A DNA stretch of 64,000 nucleotides from an uncultured bacterium. GTDB lineage: Bacteria > Hydrothermota > Hydrothermia > WGAB01. How positions within the stretch are numbered: the stretch's first letter is position 1; every line of letters begins with the position of its first letter. Both the position numbers and the translations under genes were made by a program. The notes below the pieces were generated by a model that saw nothing but the letters and a program-made list of their open reading frames with translations, did no database searches and was not told the DNA's origin. The stretch spans positions 38,665 through 102,664 of the forward strand of contig CAYOQK010000021.1 of the NCBI GenBank assembly GCA_964406105.1, written 5' to 3'. Positions 48,776-57,506 of the stretch are shown one piece after another.

Positions 48776-49444
48776 TCACCCCGTGGGGAACGGAGAACCG
48801 TAACGGCGTTCCAACTCAGCCCAGCGTTGTTTCAGCCGACGGGCGGCCTCTTCAGGGTCAGGGGCAGCGAAGACGGCGGAAACCACGGCGAAGAGATCAG
48901 GGCGAGCCTCTCGGTACAGTTGTTCCAGGTTTTCCAAGGTGATGCCCCCGATGGCCACCAGGGGGATGTGCAGGCGTTGACGGGCCTCTCGGAACACCGC
49001 TAAGGGCACTACAGGCTCTTCGGGTTTGGTGGGGGAGGGAAACACTGCGCCGAAGGCCACATAACTGGCCCCTTGGCGTTCCAGTTCCACGGCCAGCTCT
49101 ACGGAGCCATAGGCGCTGGCCCCGATGATGGCCTCTGGTCCCAGGATTCTCCGGGCCTCTGCCACTGGGGGGTCGTCCTTGCCCACGTGGACCCCGTCGG
49201 CGCCGATGGCGCGAGCGATCTCTGGGTGATCGTTGACGATTAGGGGGACGCCATACCGGTGGCATAGGGTGAGCAGTTGGCGGCCTTCTTGGATCAGGGT
49301 TGCGGGTGGGGCGTTCTTGTGGCGGAGTTGGACAAGGTCGGCGCCGCCCTGCAGGGCGGCGCCGACCTTGTCCAGAAGCTGATGGGGAGGCGTTAAACGG
49401 GGATCTGTGATCACGTACAGCGGCCCGCGGTACCAGGCCCTCAT
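48776..49444 (-). CDS. thiE: Thiamine-phosphate synthase
   Basis: LYVITD, VQLRHK, LIVND, GVHVGKDD, IIGAS, FPSPTK, VAIGGI, AVVSAV. Confidence 0.95.
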   Translation of the reverse strand: MRAWYRGPLYVITDPRLTPPHQLLDKVGAALQGGADLVQLRHKNAPPATLIQEGRQLLTLCHRYGVPLIVNDHPEIARAIGADGVHVGKDDPPVAEARRILGPEAIIGASAYGSVELAVELERQGASYVAFGAVFPSPTKPEEPVVPLAVFREARQRLHIPLVAIGGITLENLEQLYREARPDLFAVVSAVFAAPDPEEAARRLKQRWAELERRYGSPFPTG

Positions 49445-50514
49445 GACAGCCCCTCTTCAAAGGCCCGCCGGATCGCACCCCAGAAGGGGTCTACCCTGGG
49501 GTGTTCCAAGGGTTGTCGGCCCTCCGGCGTCACAAGCCACCGCCCCTCTTCCGCGGGCAGCACCTCACCAATCTCTGCAGCGAGAATGCCCTTTTGTTCC
49601 AAGGCCTTCAGCAGAGCCTGAACCCGGTGCGGCCGCACCGTGATGATCAGAGTGCCCTCACTGATGGAGGTGTAGGGGTCCATCCCAAAGGCCTGGGTGA
49701 TGGCCTCCACGGCCTCGGGAACCGGAATGCGGTCCCGGTGGATCTCCAGCCCCACGCCAGAGGCCTCTGCCACCTCGTACAGGCCGCCCAAAACCCCACA
49801 TTCGGTGGCATCGTGTAGGGCGGTCACCCCCTCATGGCGCACGCCTACGGTTACGGCGGTGAGGGCGTCTTCCACGGTGCTCATCTGGTAAAACAGGGCC
49901 TGCCCTTGTTCAGCGATGGCCTCGCCCAGTTTCCGCTCAATGGTGCGGGGGAAGGTGGCGGCGAAGATGCCTGTGGCCTCAATGGCGGCTCCCTTGGTGA
50001 TCACCACGCGGTCGCCAGGCTGAGCCATCTCCGGTGTGAGATACCGGTCCTCAGGACCCACGGCTAAGAACGTCGCGCCCCCCACCATGGGGTAATCGGT
50101 GCCGTCGTATCGGGCGGTGTGGCCAGCGACCACCGCGGCTCCGTACTTTTCCGACTCCTGGTGCCAAATGCGCCACACGATCTCAAATTCTTCCTCGGTG
50201 ATGCTGATGGGCAGGTTGAAATCCGGGATCACGAAGGCCGGGGGAAAGCCGGAGGTGGTCACATCCGAAGCCAGGATGTGCCAGGAAAACCAGGCTGCAC
50301 GCTCCCAGCCGTACTGGGGAACGATGTAGATGGGGTCTGTCGTAATGGCCATCACCTGGCCGTTCCCGATGCTCACGATGCCTACGTCCACGCCGTGGCG
50401 CGGCCCCACGAGCACATCTGCACGAGGAGCGCCCAGACGAGGGTAGATGAAGTGGTCAAAGAACTCCCGCGAGATCTTCCCGAGATCGGGAAACTGTACC
50501 TTGGGTTTTGCCAT
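49441..50514 (-). CDS. AIR-synthase/PurM-HypE-like family protein of unknown function
   Basis: GPRHGVDVG, TTDP, ASDVTTSG, GHT, PGDRVVITKG, HDATECGVLGGLYEVAEASG, ISEGTLI. Confidence 0.85.
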   Translation of the reverse strand: MAKPKVQFPDLGKISREFFDHFIYPRLGAPRADVLVGPRHGVDVGIVSIGNGQVMAITTDPIYIVPQYGWERAAWFSWHILASDVTTSGFPPAFVIPDFNLPISITEEEFEIVWRIWHQESEKYGAAVVAGHTARYDGTDYPMVGGATFLAVGPEDRYLTPEMAQPGDRVVITKGAAIEATGIFAATFPRTIERKLGEAIAEQGQALFYQMSTVEDALTAVTVGVRHEGVTALHDATECGVLGGLYEVAEASGVGLEIHRDRIPVPEAVEAITQAFGMDPYTSISEGTLIITVRPHRVQALLKALEQKGILAAEIGEVLPAEEGRWLVTPEGRQPLEHPRVDPFWGAIRRAFEEGLS

Positions 50515-50575
50515 CGTAAACCTCCCGTTCCGTCGGTTTTGGCACTGACGGGGGAGGAACCTGAGACAGGGCCAA

Positions 50576-50679
50576 CGGCAACTTCCCTACGCCGGCATGA
50601 CCCGGATCAGGTTCCAGGGGTCGATCCCGCTTTGACAAGGGATCCTCTCAGCCGGCTTGCACCGACTCCCCCGTTGCCG
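50576..50679 (-). promoter_or_regulatory. TPP riboswitch (THI box)
   Basis: Minus strand GGGAGTC..GCTGAGAGG..GACCCCTGGAACCTGATCCGGGTCATGCCGGCGTAGGGAAG, P1 CGGCAAC/GTTGCCG, upstream of a thiE operon. Confidence 0.96.
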
Positions 50680-50795
50680 ATGGCTATGATACGGCATGGA
50701 GGGCATATACTTTGGCCTTCGGGCAGGGGGGCGTGAACCCCCTTCTTAGAAGAGGTCCAAGGGATGCGATCAGAAGCACACTTGGGTGACACGCC

Positions 50796-52013
50796 ATGAA
50801 GATCTTGCACGTAAATGTCCTGTACCCCCCGTTTGTGTGGGGAGGTGCGGAGCGATCGGTCCAGACGCTGGCCGAAGCTCTGGCCCACAGGGGGCACCAG
50901 GTTTGGGTACTTTCTCAAACACCAGAACCACACCCTCAAAAGGACTTGATCAACGGGGTGCACGTGATCCGGTGGCCCACTCAAAACCTGTATTTCCCCT
51001 ATCCTTCGCGGCGTCCTCCTGCTCCACTGCGTCTGTTATGGCACTCCAAAGACACCTTGAACCCCCAGGTGGCCCGGAAGACGCTGCGACTGCTTCAGGA
51101 ACTTCAGCCCGACCTGGTGCATACCCATCTGCTGATTGGCTTCTCCGTGAGCGTGTGGTGGGCGGTCCATCGCCGCCGGATTCCCCTGGTGCACACCCTC
51201 CGGGATCACTACCTGCTTTGTGCCCGGAGTTCTATGTACAAGCACGGTCGGAACTGCAAAACCATCTGTGCGGCCTGCCGCCCCTTTGTTCGTCCCCGTA
51301 GGGAAATGAGCGCCTTGGTGGATGGAGTAATCGGGCCCAGCCGTTTCATCCTGCGGCGTCACCTCAACTTCGGATACTTTCCCCATGCCCAGTGGGCAGT
51401 GATCCCCCATGGCGTTGAGATCCCTCCAGAAACCGAGATTCCTCCATCACCACCGATTCCCCCTTTGCGTTTTGGATACTTGGGTCGCCTGGATCCTTAC
51501 AAGGGCATTGAACTGCTGCTGGAGGTTTTCCATCGTTGGCAGGAACCCTCGGCTGAGCTTTGGATTGCGGGGAGAAGCATGCCTGAAACGTATGGGCTTT
51601 CTTTGAAGGACAGGTACGCACACGATCGGCGAATCCGCTGGTTAGGTGTTGTCCATCCTTCGGAGTTGTTCCAACAAATCCATGTTTTGGTGGTTCCCAC
51701 ACTGATTCACGAGACTCTGGCCCGGGTGATCCTGGAGGCCAACGCCTATGGAATTCCAGTCATTGCAGCCCACCGTGGCGGGATCCCCGAGGAGGTACGG
51801 GAGGGCGAAACCGGTTTTCTGTTTGACCCCGATCGCCCCGAAACCCTGGAACAATGGTTCCGACATATCCGTAAAAACCCCCGAATCCTGGAACCCATGC
51901 GGCAGAAAGCCCGGAGGTGGGGAGAGGCCTTTAGCATAGACCGAATGATAGAGGCACACCTGGACTTTTATCGCCGGATTGTGTATCACAAGCACCAGGA
52001 TGGACCCCTTTGA
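50796..52013 (+). CDS. Glycosyltransferase family 4
   Basis: GGAERS, PDLVHTH, HTLRDHYLLC, GYLGRL..KG, ETLARVILEA..GGIPE. Confidence 0.92.
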   Translation: MKILHVNVLYPPFVWGGAERSVQTLAEALAHRGHQVWVLSQTPEPHPQKDLINGVHVIRWPTQNLYFPYPSRRPPAPLRLLWHSKDTLNPQVARKTLRLLQELQPDLVHTHLLIGFSVSVWWAVHRRRIPLVHTLRDHYLLCARSSMYKHGRNCKTICAACRPFVRPRREMSALVDGVIGPSRFILRRHLNFGYFPHAQWAVIPHGVEIPPETEIPPSPPIPPLRFGYLGRLDPYKGIELLLEVFHRWQEPSAELWIAGRSMPETYGLSLKDRYAHDRRIRWLGVVHPSELFQQIHVLVVPTLIHETLARVILEANAYGIPVIAAHRGGIPEEVREGETGFLFDPDRPETLEQWFRHIRKNPRILEPMRQKARRWGEAFSIDRMIEAHLDFYRRIVYHKHQDGPL

Positions 52014-52602
52014 ACCCTGGAAACTTCGGCTCCTGGGAGGGTTGTACCGCCTGTGGGCTTCTACTCTGCGGCTTCATACTGATCCATTGCCCCCTGCTCC
52101 CGCGGTTATGGCCCTCTGGCATCGCAATCTCTTTGCCGCCCTGTGGGCATATCGGCACCAGGGAATTGTGATCCTGGCCTCTCGGCATCGGGACGGCCGA
52201 CGCATCGCCGAGCTGGCCTGGACCCTGGGATACCAGCCTGTTCTGGGGTCCTCTACTCGGGGTGGGGCCGCTGGGGCCCGCGGTCTTCTTCGGGCGTTGA
52301 GGGAGCCGCGCGTGGTGGCCATAACGCCCGATGGTCCCAAGGGCCCCCGGTTTGTGGTGAAGCCCGGGGTCTTGGAGATCGCCCGTTGGGCTCAGGTGCC
52401 CGTGTATGCCGTGGGGGTGGCCTGTAGCCCTTGCCGGAGTGTGAATTCCTGGGATCAGTTCGTGATTCCATTGCCCTTTGCCCGTTGCCGGGTGCGGTTC
52501 CTGGGTCCGTGGGATCCCCACCATCTCTCCCCCGACGGGCTGGCCCAACGGCTGCATCAGGCCGATCGTCTGGCGGCTCAATCCCTTTCCCCTCAGGGGT
52601 AA
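52000..52602 (+). CDS. DUF374 / lysophospholipid acyltransferase-like protein
   Basis: WH, ASRHRDG, GSSTRGG, ITPDGPKGP, NSWDQFVIPLPF. Confidence 0.85.
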   Translation: MDPFEPWKLRLLGGLYRLWASTLRLHTDPLPPAPAVMALWHRNLFAALWAYRHQGIVILASRHRDGRRIAELAWTLGYQPVLGSSTRGGAAGARGLLRALREPRVVAITPDGPKGPRFVVKPGVLEIARWAQVPVYAVGVACSPCRSVNSWDQFVIPLPFARCRVRFLGPWDPHHLSPDGLAQRLHQADRLAAQSLSPQG

Positions 52603-52613
52603 TCTATCCCCTG

Positions 52614-53798
52614 TTACAGAGCAGCGGAGTCCTGGCCCAAGAGTTCGTGGATGATGGCTTGACCCAAGCCTACGATGTTGCCCATGGTGACCACCACCAG
52701 GCGCTCAGCCGGCAACTGCACCAAGGTTTGCACCACTTCGGTGGCGGATTTCCCCTCCAGGTCCAGGATCCGGTCCGCTGGCACCCCCCGATGTCGCAGG
52801 GCCCTGGCCACCGGATGCACCACTTGGCCGGCCAGCAGGTACCAGTCCGCTTGGATGCCTGAGCCCAAAAGCCGGGCAAAGGCCTCGGTTCGCTGGGGCC
52901 GATCCTTGCGGGCCACGAACAGTGCCACCGTTTGGGCCTCGGGATGCCGGGGAACCACGGTGTGCCAGATCACTTGGGTGGACTCAGGATCGTTGGCTGC
53001 AAAGGCGTTATACACCCAAAGGGTTTGTGCGCCCCGTTGGATGCGGAACCGACGCAGTGCCCCAGGATCTGGGGGCACCTGCTGCATCCCCCGAAGGGCC
53101 TGCTCCCGGTCCACCCCAAAGTGTGCGGCTACAGCCAACGCCAGCGCCACGTTCTCCGTGTGTTCCACATAGGAAAAGCCTGTTAGGTCTTCCGGTTGAA
53201 CCCATTCCTCTGGCCGCACCACCACCACGCGGCTGTTCCGGCGGCGGGCTTCCTGTTCCAGCAGACGAACGAAGCGTTGATCTGCGGTGAACAGCACCCC
53301 GTTCCTGGGGGTGGTGAGGGCGAGGTGCTGGGCCACATGGGCCAGGGTGGGGCCCATGGTGTCCAGATGGTCCTCCCGAATGTTGGTGATCACCCCCACT
53401 GTGGATTGAACGATGCGGTCCTCCAAAACCCGAAGGTACTCCGGTGTGATGGCCATGCACTCCAGGACCAGGATATCCGCTTGGGCCTCTACTGCACGCT
53501 TTACGATGCGCAACTGCTCCAGGATGTTGGCCCGTCCTGCCCGGAATACGGGCACTTCTTTTCCGTCGGGAAACAGGAAACGGGGAGCAGTGCCTGTGGT
53601 TTTGGCCACCACCCGGTGGTTCGGCAGTTGCCGTAGTGCCCCATAGATCAATCGGGTTACCGAGGATTTCCCCCGGGTGCCGTTGACATGGATCCGGTGA
53701 GGGATACGGGCCAGGTTTCGTTGATGCTGTCGGTACCGGTAAGCCTCAATCCCTAAGAAAACGGCGGTGACCCCCAGGGAGACCTCCAGCAGTGGCAT
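52614..53798 (-). CDS. pgsB: Poly-gamma-glutamate synthase PgsB/CapB
   Basis: RIHVNGTRGKSSVTRLI, AKTTGT, NILEQ, ECMA, TNIREDHLDTMG, FAANDPEST. Confidence 0.95.
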   Translation of the reverse strand: MPLLEVSLGVTAVFLGIEAYRYRQHQRNLARIPHRIHVNGTRGKSSVTRLIYGALRQLPNHRVVAKTTGTAPRFLFPDGKEVPVFRAGRANILEQLRIVKRAVEAQADILVLECMAITPEYLRVLEDRIVQSTVGVITNIREDHLDTMGPTLAHVAQHLALTTPRNGVLFTADQRFVRLLEQEARRRNSRVVVVRPEEWVQPEDLTGFSYVEHTENVALALAVAAHFGVDREQALRGMQQVPPDPGALRRFRIQRGAQTLWVYNAFAANDPESTQVIWHTVVPRHPEAQTVALFVARKDRPQRTEAFARLLGSGIQADWYLLAGQVVHPVARALRHRGVPADRILDLEGKSATEVVQTLVQLPAERLVVVTMGNIVGLGQAIIHELLGQDSAAL

Positions 53799-53801
53799 GG
53801 T

Positions 53802-55577
53802 TCACCACCGGAAAACCGGGGAGCTCCAGGTCAAACCTGTGCTCCAGGCATCGTAGTTCTTGAAGACCAGATCGTGGGGGTTCTGATCCACCCAAACCCG
53901 TCTTCCGGTATAGGCCAGGAACCAATACAGCGTCCCCACGGGCGCCACCAGGGGTACGGTCACGCGGAGGCGGGTTTCCAGATCACGGCGGCCGTAGTGC
54001 AGGTCGTCATCGGCCTGGGGGGTTAGATAGGTTTTCCAGGCCAAACGCCCGAAGGCCCGGGCCTGTCTGGGAAGCGGGAATTCGCCGTAGCCTGCCAGTA
54101 GCCAATAGCTGGCATCGGGTTCCCAGGGTTGGGCGTCGGTAACCAAGAGGCCCAGGGTGCCGCCCAGGCGGTACCCTGGGATGCGGGCCTCAGCCTGGAG
54201 TTCCCATCGGTGCCCCGAAAGGTAAGAAAAGGGAGCCTGGTAGGCGAAGCGCTGCCATCGTAGGATCAGGGCGCCCCGGTTTCTTTGGCGTCGTCCTTGC
54301 ACCTTGAGATCCACGGCCAGCGCAGTGTACTGCAGGGGATCCGTGCGTTGCACACGGGAACGGTAAACGGGCCGCACGTACACCTGGGGACGCCAGGAGA
54401 ACCCTATGGTCCAAGGACTTCGCCTGCGAGACACCTCAAGCCGCAAGGCCGTGCGGTTTTTAACCGGATTCCGCAGATGGCCGTACAGGGTGACGGTGCT
54501 TCTCCAGCGGAAATCCCCGGGGTACCATCGCAGGAAGGCGCGAACCCGAAGGCGAAGGTCTGTGGGTGCGTGGACGTCGGGATAGCGGTAGGGCGCTGTA
54601 CCCTCTCGGATCCGCTGTAGGTCCTCCTCGGCGAAGGTGAAGGGGTTGCTGAGATAGGCCCATTGCCCCTGAACACTGAACCGCCAGGGGTGCCGTTGTC
54701 CTGGCGATGCCCACAGGTATGGGAGCATCCAGAGCTCTCCCCGAGGGGCCCGGAGGAGCCGTTCTCGGCGACTGGGGATCCGCCGCTGAGTGCGGGTTTT
54801 CTTGGAACGTACCTCACGGTAGAGTTTGACCAACCCCCGGCCTCCTTGGGTGCGGACCTGGTACTCGTGCTCGCCCTCAGGCACCTTGAGGAAACGTTTG
54901 CGAGGCCGAGTGAGACGCAGGGTGGTGTCCTCCAGGATGCGGGCCCGGTGGGAGGGTTTCCAGCGGTTACGGATGTGGAACAAGAGCGAGTCGCCCTCCC
55001 ACACCTGAAACGTGGGCGTTTGCCCGGTGATCCCCCGGAAGTAGAACCACACCCGAGCGGGTCCCCGCACCCGGAACACCACCGGTGAATCGGGGGTTAC
55101 CCAGTAATAGGTGGTGCGCTTGGTCTTCACTTGCAGGGTGGCCGGGAACCCTCCGGTTAAGGGGACCACCCGGCGGAGTTGGGGCTTTCGCCATTCGTAG
55201 TACCGCACCCGTACCGGCCTTTGGCTTTCCAAACGGTAGGTTCCTGGGGGCAAATGGATCTTGATCTCTCGGCGTTTTTTCACGGTCCAGGATTTGAATT
55301 CCTTGCCTTGGCGCAGGAGACGCACGCGGGCGGGCCCCTTTTTGCTGAGGTTCTCCAATCGGAGTTTCACGCTTTTGCCGCGCTTTAGCGTCCATTGGGC
55401 AGGATGACGGGCGCTAATCCGAACGTAGAGGTATCGCACGCTGTCACGCACCACGATGTGCCGTTTCCCCTTGAGGCGCGAGGTTTTATGCACCCAATAG
55501 GAGAACCCAGGGGGTGCGGAGCCCAAAAGCAGCAGGAGCCCCAAACCCCAGGAGAAGAGGGAAAGCCCTTTGGTCAT
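53802..55577 (-). CDS. Hypothetical exported basic protein with probable C-terminal outer-membrane beta-barrel, inside the pgs operon
   Basis: ATG overlaps the pgsW stop. Signal peptide, very K/R-rich beta-type N-half, amphipathic aromatic strands in the C-half, ends in ..SPVFRW. Confidence 0.7.
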   Translation of the reverse strand: MTKGLSLFSWGLGLLLLLGSAPPGFSYWVHKTSRLKGKRHIVVRDSVRYLYVRISARHPAQWTLKRGKSVKLRLENLSKKGPARVRLLRQGKEFKSWTVKKRREIKIHLPPGTYRLESQRPVRVRYYEWRKPQLRRVVPLTGGFPATLQVKTKRTTYYWVTPDSPVVFRVRGPARVWFYFRGITGQTPTFQVWEGDSLLFHIRNRWKPSHRARILEDTTLRLTRPRKRFLKVPEGEHEYQVRTQGGRGLVKLYREVRSKKTRTQRRIPSRRERLLRAPRGELWMLPYLWASPGQRHPWRFSVQGQWAYLSNPFTFAEEDLQRIREGTAPYRYPDVHAPTDLRLRVRAFLRWYPGDFRWRSTVTLYGHLRNPVKNRTALRLEVSRRRSPWTIGFSWRPQVYVRPVYRSRVQRTDPLQYTALAVDLKVQGRRQRNRGALILRWQRFAYQAPFSYLSGHRWELQAEARIPGYRLGGTLGLLVTDAQPWEPDASYWLLAGYGEFPLPRQARAFGRLAWKTYLTPQADDDLHYGRRDLETRLRVTVPLVAPVGTLYWFLAYTGRRVWVDQNPHDLVFKNYDAWSTGLTWSSPVFRW

Positions 55578-56698
55578 ACGGTTTCCTCCGGTGGTTCCTC
55601 GGGTTTGCCCAGCAGGCGACCCACCAGGTCGTAGTGGGGCAGAAGGTAGAGGAGGAGGCCATTGATCACCAGGAGTGCGAGCACCACTCCCAGGTGGTAC
55701 CGGGTTTGCCAAAACAGAGGCCCCACGCCAGGTTCTGGTGTTACGCCTGGGGCTATGGGCAGCCCGTGTTGGCGGGCCAAGCGAACGATCTCCAGCAGAT
55801 GGATCACCGGAACCCCTTGCTCCAGGAATCGGTACACCACACCCTGCACGGGAAGGTTCTGGAGGAACACGCGTTCTTCGGGCAAGTTGAGCCCTGGGCG
55901 AAGGAGATAGCCTGCCTCTGAGGTGCCCAGGCTGGCCACACCGCCTCCGATGTTGACATAGGCCCGGAGGGGCTGGCCGGCAGCAGCCTCCTGGAACCGC
56001 TGCATTCGCAGTTCAATGCTCCGTTCCAAGGGCAGTACGTGGATTTTGGGGATGCCGTTGCGCACGATGGCCGAATCCAACAGGGCCCGTCCTTCGGGGG
56101 AAAGGCCACGTCCCACATCGTCCGCTCCCCCGTAGGAGGCGGCTATGGAGCGCGTAGGGATCAGGTGGGCCGTGTAGAGTTCGTGTTCCATGTCCAGCCA
56201 GGTCCAAGAGGGACGATTGGCGCCCCAACTGGAGGATCCCACCGAGGTGATCACCACCGGGATCGCTCCCAGGGCCTGGATGGCCATCAGGGTGGCCACG
56301 TTGAGGGCGGGGAACGATCCCGTCATGCCCACCGCCACCCGATCGCCGGGCCGCACGCCGGCTTGGTGCAAAAACTCCACGATCAGGGCCGCAAAATTGG
56401 GGTTGATGCTGGTGAGCTTGGCGGTGAGGTTGCCCGAACTGGTGGTGATGGGGGAGTTTTCCAGACCGATGAGGCCTGTTTGGGCAGGGTCGTTGATGGG
56501 GTCCATCTCAAAACCGTGGGCCAAGAACTGCTGCTTTAAAAAGGCAAAGGCCCTGGCGGTGTTTTGGGCAGCCTGGAGTTTGATGTCGTACAGGGGCGCT
56601 TGGGTTTCGTGGAGAGACCACTCGGCGAGCCCCAGCGACACCAGAGCCACCAACGCCAGGAACCCCATATCGCGCAGTTTGAGCACCCGTCGCTTCAT
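55574..56698 (-). CDS. pgsW: Poly-gamma-glutamate system protein PgsW
   Basis: TGLIG..SPITTSSGNLTAKLTSINPNFAA, GDRVAVGMTGSFPALN, SVGSSSWGAN, YVNIGGG, VPVIHL. ATG overlaps the pgsC stop. Confidence 0.88.
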   Translation of the reverse strand: MKRRVLKLRDMGFLALVALVSLGLAEWSLHETQAPLYDIKLQAAQNTARAFAFLKQQFLAHGFEMDPINDPAQTGLIGLENSPITTSSGNLTAKLTSINPNFAALIVEFLHQAGVRPGDRVAVGMTGSFPALNVATLMAIQALGAIPVVITSVGSSSWGANRPSWTWLDMEHELYTAHLIPTRSIAASYGGADDVGRGLSPEGRALLDSAIVRNGIPKIHVLPLERSIELRMQRFQEAAAGQPLRAYVNIGGGVASLGTSEAGYLLRPGLNLPEERVFLQNLPVQGVVYRFLEQGVPVIHLLEIVRLARQHGLPIAPGVTPEPGVGPLFWQTRYHLGVVLALLVINGLLLYLLPHYDLVGRLLGKPEEPPEETV

Positions 56699-57147
56699 AG
56701 TACCGGCGCGCCTCCATGGATCAGGATGAGCAGGAGCCGAATGAGCACCGTGACCACCAGCAGCATGCTGAGGGTAGCCCGCACGCCCTGTTTGTCCATC
56801 CAATAGGCCATGAGGCCTGGGATGATGAACCCAAAGGCGCGGATGGCCAACACCAGGTCGCCCACGGGGGTTTGGCCCAGCAGTTGCGACGCTTGGGAGA
56901 AGAAGAACCCGATGACCACAGCCAAAAACAGGCGACGACGGCCATAGACCAACACATACCGAGACACCCCTTTGAGCAGGCCCAGGGTAAGGAAGGCGGC
57001 CAGAAGGGTGCCTGCCAAGAGGGCCGGGCGGGTGAGGATCAGGGCCACATACCCTGGTACCACCAAACCGCCGGCCACGTACCCCAGCACTTCCGAGAGG
57101 TAGAGCGACAGGAGAAGGCCCAAGGCGATGGATTCGGCAAGGATCAT
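56695..57147 (-). CDS. pgsC: Poly-gamma-glutamate biosynthesis protein PgsC/CapC
   Basis: GGLVVPGYVAL, VYGRRR, GFIIPGLMAYWMDKQG. Confidence 0.93.
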   Translation of the reverse strand: MILAESIALGLLLSLYLSEVLGYVAGGLVVPGYVALILTRPALLAGTLLAAFLTLGLLKGVSRYVLVYGRRRLFLAVVIGFFFSQASQLLGQTPVGDLVLAIRAFGFIIPGLMAYWMDKQGVRATLSMLLVVTVLIRLLLILIHGGAPVL

Positions 57148-57156
57148 CGGAATTCA

Positions 57157-57185
57157 ATTATGGGGACTGCCCCGCACAACTGCAA
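57157..57185 (-). promoter_or_regulatory. sigma70 promoter of the pgs operon
   Basis: TTGCAG-17-CATAAT-9 nt-ATG of pgsC. Confidence 0.7.
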
Positions 57186-57311
57186 TGTAACCGTTGGGAG
57201 GGCACGGACCCTGAAAAGGAAAACCCCCAGCCACCGAGCAGGGCACGGGGATGGAGCCATCGCCATCTGAAGAAAGGCCCGGAGTTCCTCTGGTGGAAAA
57301 CCCGGGAGCGC

Positions 57312-57506
57312 TCAGCACTTACGGGGGACACGGCCGTAGCCGCAGAGGTTACATTCCAGGTCGCCGTTGGCGTTGCGGGTGATCTTGCCGATCTTGCAAT
57401 GGGGGCAGGGGTCCCCCTCCTTTAGGAGCACGAGGCCCATGCCCAGTGCTCCCTGACTCATCTGAGTGCGGGTCTTATGACCGGTGTTTTTGGGTTCCTT
57501 CTTCAT
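57312..57506 (-). CDS. Small zinc-ribbon protein (64 aa)
   Basis: SD GGAGG, ATGA overlap with the PLD gene, CPHC..CNLC. Confidence 0.65.
   Translation of the reverse strand: MKKEPKNTGHKTRTQMSQGALGMGLVLLKEGDPCPHCKIGKITRNANGDLECNLCGYGRVPRKC

Noticed and set aside
55574-57157. 527-aa ORF as a PgsC-PgsW fusion or frameshift
   Set aside because: The upstream part is an alternative frame of pgsC. pgsW has its own ATG at 56698 overlapping the pgsC stop.
57190-57311. Fluoride riboswitch (GGCGATGG on the minus strand)
   Set aside because: The rest of the consensus and pseudoknot is absent, and the motif lies upstream of the predicted pgs promoter.
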